Shown here one piece after another: positions 50,220 through 55,600 of a stretch of 55,600 nt of DNA. The first letter of the stretch is position 1, and every line of letters starts with the position of its first letter. Source of the DNA: Phycisphaerales bacterium (GTDB lineage: Bacteria; Planctomycetota; Phycisphaerae; WQYP01); assembly GCA_027451365.1 (NCBI GenBank), contig DAIDJN010000071.1, positions 1 through 55,600 of the forward strand, written 5' to 3'. Position numbers and translations under genes: made by a program. The notes under the pieces were generated by a model. The model was not told where the DNA came from. It did not search any database and saw only the letters and a program-made list of their open reading frames with translations.

Positions 50220-52286
50220 TCAACGCAGGTAAATCAAAAAGGTCATTCTAAAAGCCGTTGCATGAAGCAGCGACTTTTTCGTATTCGGATCAATCACGCC
50301 AAGCGTGGCCGTACCTGACTGCCCGCCCCCGCCAAAGTTGCCCCCACCTCCGAAACCACCGGGCATTCCGCCAGGAAACCCTCCAGGCATTCCCGGAGGA
50401 AACACGCCGCCGCCCGGCATACCGTTGTTAAAGCCGCCCGGCGCTGTGGGCTGCGAATTTTCCGGAGTCGCCTTGACCTTCGGCAGATAATCCGGCAGAA
50501 ATACTGAACTAAACTGCCCCCGCGTCGTCCCCCATGGGCTGAACCCCAGACCCGCCGTCCCGCTTCCACCGCCCGCCCCGACGATGTCCGCAATACGGGC
50601 TTCGTGCAGCGACCCCGATGGTATGACAATATGAAAAGGCAGGTCCGATTTAAGGCCCGCCGCAGCTTTTATCGTATCTCTGAAGTGCTCAAGAATGCGC
50701 AATGGCGGGTTATAAGGCGTATAGCCGGTCACCACCACTTCGTAACCGCTGCCAGTCATGGACGGCTGCACCACTCCCGCAGCCGGCTGCCCCGGCACAG
50801 CAGGCACCGCCGGCGAACCGGTCAAGGGCGACAAATTCGCCTGAAACGTGCTTTGAATGGACTGAAGCACAATCTTCCAGTTTTTCCGTTTCGCCGCCAA
50901 CGACGTTTCGGCCTGCGGAAGGCTTGAATAGAACGTCTGATAAATCAGCGGCCAGATCGGCCGCCGGTTCATCAGGTTTTTGAAGAAGTCAATCCGCTTG
51001 ACGTTGGCATGATAGGTATTGTTAATGCCTGTATATTGCCGCTGCCAGCCGGAAACGCGGGCAATCACCTGGTTATCCCGCGCGATCGCCGGAGAGTGCA
51101 TCGAATTATAATACGCCGAGCTGTCCATCATATACCGCGCGCCTGCGGTTGCCGTGCCCAGCACAAAAAGCGCCGCGGTTGCGGCAAACCATGGCGTTTT
51201 GCTGCGCCACAGCATTTGTCGCGCAATTTCAATTGGCAGCAGATTGGTCGTAATTGTGCCAAGTCCCACACCCTGAAGGGCCAGCCCGTAGGCCACGGGC
51301 ATACCCAGAGCCTGTTCGTTTAATCCCGCGGCCAAGCGGGTTTCCGGAGCTTCAATTTTAGCGAATGAATCGAGCCGATGAACTTCCATCCCTAAATACT
51401 GTTCCAGATATTTCTGAAGATTGGGCAGCCGGAACGAATTTCCCATCCCGATAATCTGTTCCAGCCGACTTTCACGGTGCGAACTGTTGAAGTACCCGAC
51501 GGACCGCTGAATTTCAGCGACAATATCGGCGAAGGTCGGACGGAGTGCCTGAAATATCTGACGGGCGAACTTGTTGGTTGCGGCGGTTTTCTTAAGTTCT
51601 TCTGATTTGCGGAATTGCAACCGATACGTTTTAGCCAGAGACTCGGTAAAACTGTTCCCACCAAGATTGATATTGCGCATCCAGAGCCGACCCTGGTCCA
51701 TGATAATCAGGTCCGTATGATCGGCCCCGATATCAATGACAATGGTTCCCTTGTCTTTTCCTTTGTCCTCAAACAGCAGAGCATTGTAGACACAAAGCGG
51801 CGCAACCTGCACGCCATGCACTGTAACGCCCAAGGCGCGGAAATCCGCCAGAAGTGCGCCAAGTATGTCCGTCTTGATCGCAAAAATGCCGATTTCCACA
51901 TCCGGACTTTCCGGACTCTGGAAGGGATGGTAATCCCAGATGACCTGATCCAGCGGAAAGGGTATCTGCTGGATCGCTTCAAATTTCACAATTTCCGGAA
52001 TACGCCGCGGCTCAACCGGCGGCAGTTTCACAAACCGCGCAAAACTGCTGGCTCCGGAAGCCGAGATAAAAACCCGCTCTCCGCGAAGCGGGTGCTTTTC
52101 AATAAATTTTGCCAGGCTCTCCCCTACAATTTCCTTGCGGTCCGCATCCGGCTCACTTAGAAAGCCGCTGTGTTCCACCACTTCCATCGCCTCTAAATAG
52201 ACCTTGTCCCCTTCGCGGCGCAGTTTGATTGCTTTAAGCGCGGTGGTTCCAACATCAATTCCCCAGGCTTCCTGTGAACTAGGCAT
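50220..52286 (-). CDS. pilM: Type IV pilus assembly protein PilM fused to a PilN-like region
   Basis: WGID.G...LKA; FARFVKLPPV; FEA.QQIPF; IDIGA..TDL; EIQRS.GY; NLLP + TM (PilN motif); ATG after GGAGG. Confidence 0.9.
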   Translation of the reverse strand: MPSSQEAWGIDVGTTALKAIKLRREGDKVYLEAMEVVEHSGFLSEPDADRKEIVGESLAKFIEKHPLRGERVFISASGASSFARFVKLPPVEPRRIPEIVKFEAIQQIPFPLDQVIWDYHPFQSPESPDVEIGIFAIKTDILGALLADFRALGVTVHGVQVAPLCVYNALLFEDKGKDKGTIVIDIGADHTDLIIMDQGRLWMRNINLGGNSFTESLAKTYRLQFRKSEELKKTAATNKFARQIFQALRPTFADIVAEIQRSVGYFNSSHRESRLEQIIGMGNSFRLPNLQKYLEQYLGMEVHRLDSFAKIEAPETRLAAGLNEQALGMPVAYGLALQGVGLGTITTNLLPIEIARQMLWRSKTPWFAATAALFVLGTATAGARYMMDSSAYYNSMHSPAIARDNQVIARVSGWQRQYTGINNTYHANVKRIDFFKNLMNRRPIWPLIYQTFYSSLPQAETSLAAKRKNWKIVLQSIQSTFQANLSPLTGSPAVPAVPGQPAAGVVQPSMTGSGYEVVVTGYTPYNPPLRILEHFRDTIKAAAGLKSDLPFHIVIPSGSLHEARIADIVGAGGGSGTAGLGFSPWGTTRGQFSSVFLPDYLPKVKATPENSQPTAPGGFNNGMPGGGVFPPGMPGGFPGGMPGGFGGGGNFGGGGQSGTATLGVIDPNTKKSLLHATAFRMTFLIYLR

Positions 52287-52621
52287 AAGAACCTCCGAAA
52301 CACCTGATATCAATCTGTCAGCGTTGTATATGCACGCCAACCATCAAAACAGACGCCGATATTGCAACCGGTGCCTGCCATTGACCACCGCCGGTCGCCG
52401 GCGGCAACATGCTTCCTCAACCGCCCTTCAATCCGGGATGTTCCATGCTAACCTTACGTGAATAGTCCGGCAATGCCACACGAACAAAACTCCCGGATTT
52501 TTTCGGGCCCCCGCCGCGCCTGGCGGATTGGCCTGGAATTCAAACCTGCAATCGCGTAATAGAACCCGAATAGGGCCGCGCGTCAAGCCGCCACACGAAT
52601 TTCGGCGGAATAACCATCCGC

Positions 52622-53965
52622 TCATCCGGCCATCAGTCCGGTAATCCATTCCGCAATTTTTGTCGCCGGCAGCGGCGCATCTGTCGGCACCTCCGCATCG
52701 GAAAGAAGCACCGGCAGCTTTTCCGGCCCCGTAGGCAGCAATCCATGCGACCCTTTCACCAGCGACGTATCCTGGGCAATGCACTTGCGCACCGGATCGA
52801 AAAACAGTTCCCGCGGGTCGTACCCCGGCTTGCGGTGAATATCCACGGAATACTGCCAGGCCGGCTTTTCCGCGTCGGCAATCCACCAGTCGTGTGCCAG
52901 CCAAGCATCCGCCTTGGCCAATACCACCAATTGACCGCAACGCCCACCAGCCAGCCCGGCGGCTGAAAGCTGCTCCGGACTTTCCAGAACCATCCCCACG
53001 CCATCCGTCTCCCGCAGAACCTGCACTGCGGCCGACAACGCCTCCGGACGAACGTAGATATGTGCCACCTGATGATCCACCATCGCCATCGCCCGGCTGG
53101 CTGAATAATCAATCAGCAGCTTTCCCTGCGCGTCGGGAATGGTTTTAAGCAGTCCGGCCGCGCGCAGCGCCCGGTTCGGGAAGGCCGCATGGGAAACGCT
53201 GTTCATGCCGTAATCCCCGGCCAGAATCACTTTCCCGCCATCCTGCCGGACATCCTGTATCAATGGTTTAAGCAATTCCGCCGCAGCGGCCCAATCGCTG
53301 GCAATCGCCGCATGGTCCGGTCCCAGCCGCTGCAGGTTATAATCCAGATGCGGAATGTAGACGAATTGAATATCCGGTGAATGCTTGCGCCACACGGCGC
53401 GAGCGCTTTGAATGATCCATGCGGTGGCCGGCAATGAAGCCATCGGCCCCCAGTACTGATGCAGCGGAAACGATCCGAATTCCGCCACCATTTGCCCGTA
53501 AAGATCCGCCGGACGGCTCCAGCACGCGGAAATTGTTTTGCCGTCGGGTCCATGCTCCGGCTTGGGCGTCAGCACAATGTCGGCCGCGTCCTGCGCACGC
53601 CGCCCCGGGATGGATTGCTGCCAGAACAGCATGGCGGTTTTCCAGCCGCGGCCGTTCCAGAATCGCGGCTTTTGCAGCAGATCGGCCGACTGTTCCCAGA
53701 AACTCACCTGTCGCCGGAAATCCGCGAAAGACCCCGTGTCGATCAGCGCTTCAAGGTCCGAATTTCCATACGTATATAGACCATTTGATATAATTCCGTG
53801 TTCCGCGGGTGTCGCACCCGTGGTCAGCGTGGCCTGCATGGTGCAGGTCACCGCCGGCTGCACCGGCCGCAACGTGGAACTAAACGCAAAATCCAGCGGT
53901 TTTTTGGCCCGCGCGTGCACATGTGCATCTAGCCCGGCAACCAGTATAAAACAGATCCGCGCCAT
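52622..53965 (-). CDS. Alkaline phosphatase superfamily nucleotide pyrophosphatase/phosphodiesterase (EboF-like)
   Basis: PAVTC..QAT..TG..P..HGI; Y.PHLDY.LQR.GP; DHQVAH; VDIHRKPGYDP.ELF; VKGSHG. Confidence 0.85.
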   Translation of the reverse strand: MARICFILVAGLDAHVHARAKKPLDFAFSSTLRPVQPAVTCTMQATLTTGATPAEHGIISNGLYTYGNSDLEALIDTGSFADFRRQVSFWEQSADLLQKPRFWNGRGWKTAMLFWQQSIPGRRAQDAADIVLTPKPEHGPDGKTISACWSRPADLYGQMVAEFGSFPLHQYWGPMASLPATAWIIQSARAVWRKHSPDIQFVYIPHLDYNLQRLGPDHAAIASDWAAAAELLKPLIQDVRQDGGKVILAGDYGMNSVSHAAFPNRALRAAGLLKTIPDAQGKLLIDYSASRAMAMVDHQVAHIYVRPEALSAAVQVLRETDGVGMVLESPEQLSAAGLAGGRCGQLVVLAKADAWLAHDWWIADAEKPAWQYSVDIHRKPGYDPRELFFDPVRKCIAQDTSLVKGSHGLLPTGPEKLPVLLSDAEVPTDAPLPATKIAEWITGLMAG

Positions 53966-54145
53966 GATATTTTCCCCGCCTGCGGGCCGACTCGCAGCCC
54001 AGAGGTTATGTTCTTTTCGTGGCCGGTTCTTCGGCCAGATGAAAGAATTCCATTCGACTGCGCCCCCGAAAACAACGGGCGCAAAAAACAGGGCGAAGGC
54101 CGGTTTACCGCGGCCTTCGTCCCGCAACATTTCCCGGCGCGCGCA

Positions 54146-55354
54146 TTACATCGTGTAGAACTTGTAATGGGTGGATTGATAAAATTTCTGACCCGGCCGC
54201 AGCACAGTGGACGGAAACGCCGGTTCATTGGGAGAATCCGGATAATGCTGGGTTTCCAAGGTCAAGGCGCCATGCACCGGATATTTACCGCCAATGCCAT
54301 CTATCGTGCCATTCAGGAAATTGCCGGTATAGAACTGCACACCCGGTTGCGTGGTACGGCATTCCAGAACCCGCCCGTTCGCCGGACAGGCCACACGCGC
54401 GGCAATCGCCTTCAATGAGCCATGATTGTTCAGACACCAGTTGTTGTCATACCCATAAGGAAACAGGTCGAAGTTCGCCTTTGAACCGGCCGGGAACGGC
54501 TTGATCCGGGAGCCCAGTTCCACCGGCTTGCGGAAATCAAATGGCGTGCCGGCCACCGGGAGATTCTTTCCGGTCGGAATAAATTCGTTGTCCGTTGGCG
54601 TGTATTTATTCGCATTTATCGTGACCATGTGATTCAGCACATCCGTACCCGGTCCGTTGAGATTAAAATAGGCGTGATTGGTCAGGTTAAGCACCGTGGG
54701 GGCGTCGGTCGCCGCCCGGTAGTGAATAACAATCTCATTATTGGCCGTCAGCACATGCGTCGCATCCACCACCAAGTTCCCCGGAAAGCCATTGGACATC
54801 GCCGGACTGACCATCCGGAACCGCAGCCCTGGTTCGCCCAGTTCAGAAACTTCGCTGGCTTCCCAGGCCTGCCGGTCAAACGCGTTCGGTCCGCCGTGCA
54901 ATGCGTTGGGGCCGTCATTCGCCGGAATGTGATACGTTTTGCCATCCAGTGTGAATGTGCCGCGGGCAATGCGGTTGGCGTACCGCCCGATGGTCGCGCC
55001 AAAGTACGGATCCGCCTTGGACATGTAACCTTCCAGGTTTTCATAACCAAGCACGACATCCCCGATATTTCCCTTTGCATCCGGCACCATTATACGCTGT
55101 ATGCGGGCACCGTAACTGATCATCTGCAAGACCATGCCGTTGGCATTGGTCAGCGTGTACTGATAAATTTTGGTCCCATCCGGCATCGTGCCGAACAGTT
55201 TCTTGTAAATGGCCTTCTTTCTGGGAAGGCTCGCGAGGCTCTGCGTCGACATGCTGTGGCAGCCAACCAGAGTCATTGCCGCGGCCGCGCCCGCAACCGC
55301 CATAAAGCCACGGCGCGTCATGCTGGGAACAGACAATTCGGTGAAATCGGACAT
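54146..55354 (-). CDS. galM: Aldose 1-epimerase (mutarotase) with Tat lipoprotein signal
   Basis: TRRGFM + LVGC; YFGA.IGRYANRI; LHGG; NLTNHAYFNL; QFYTGNFL; LETQHYPDSPN. Confidence 0.93.
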   Translation of the reverse strand: MSDFTELSVPSMTRRGFMAVAGAAAAMTLVGCHSMSTQSLASLPRKKAIYKKLFGTMPDGTKIYQYTLTNANGMVLQMISYGARIQRIMVPDAKGNIGDVVLGYENLEGYMSKADPYFGATIGRYANRIARGTFTLDGKTYHIPANDGPNALHGGPNAFDRQAWEASEVSELGEPGLRFRMVSPAMSNGFPGNLVVDATHVLTANNEIVIHYRAATDAPTVLNLTNHAYFNLNGPGTDVLNHMVTINANKYTPTDNEFIPTGKNLPVAGTPFDFRKPVELGSRIKPFPAGSKANFDLFPYGYDNNWCLNNHGSLKAIAARVACPANGRVLECRTTQPGVQFYTGNFLNGTIDGIGGKYPVHGALTLETQHYPDSPNEPAFPSTVLRPGQKFYQSTHYKFYTM

Positions 55355-55600
55355 GAATTTTTACCTCCGAAAAAAAGGTGACAGAAACCTTGAATCAGCG
55401 GAACTATAAGCCCGAATCCAGATTCGGGCAAGAGAACGCCATATCCATTAAATTTCCCCCCAGGGCAAATTCATATAGAGTGCCATGTATATCAAGTGTG
55501 ATTTTGATAGCGTACCTCACGCGTCAGCGGATGTTATTGGGGCAATAAATGTCTGGCGACGGTGATTATCGGAAAAAAGGGATGATTTTGCGCAGCAGCT

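Noticed and set aside
52361..52380. Sigma54-like TGGCA...TTGCA upstream of pilM (minus strand)
   Set aside because: GG-to-GC spacing is 12 or 8 nt rather than the required 10
1..55600. CRISPR arrays, IS elements, integrases, intact tRNA/rRNA
   Set aside because: None recognised by eye; a tool scan could still find degenerate copies

Overview
Chromosomal window from a GC-rich bacterium, most likely a planctomycete (Phycisphaerae-like). This is inferred from the PilM-PilN fusion / secretin operon, the planctomycete-type prenyltransferase-repeat domain and the PEP-CTERM proteins. About 32 CDS are supported. Housekeeping genes: prmC, alaS, RluA-family synthase, rnc. Metabolic and exported enzymes: PPi-dependent PEPCK, ino1, Tat/Sec-exported esterases, a GH20-like enzyme and galM. 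Envelope genes: a lipoprotein + DUF748 pair and a type IV pilus-like assembly operon. There is also a BlaI/M56 sensor pair. No intact tRNA/rRNA, CRISPR array, transposase or integrase was recognised. Signals the ORF track does not show: (i) an AAA_21/RloB (AbiL-like) defence pair whose RloB frame continues past an in-frame TGA; (ii) a divergent HEPN-like gene with a small partner; (iii) BlaI with a clear palindromic operator over its -10 box, controlling an M56 peptidase fused to a prenyltransferase/squalene-oxidase repeat domain; (iv) an OprB porin C-terminal relic and a phage-like CGC-motif relic at 38.4-38.8 kb; (v) a degenerate tRNA-Pro 3' half (att-like scar) at 42.55 kb; (vi) a strand-specific long hairpin + U-tract leader at 5.7 kb; (vii) a subtilase with an apparent Glu-His-Ser triad and an Asp at the oxyanion position; (viii) G/P/F-rich repeats shared across the pilus operon. 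All family calls come from motif recognition by eye; no searches were run.
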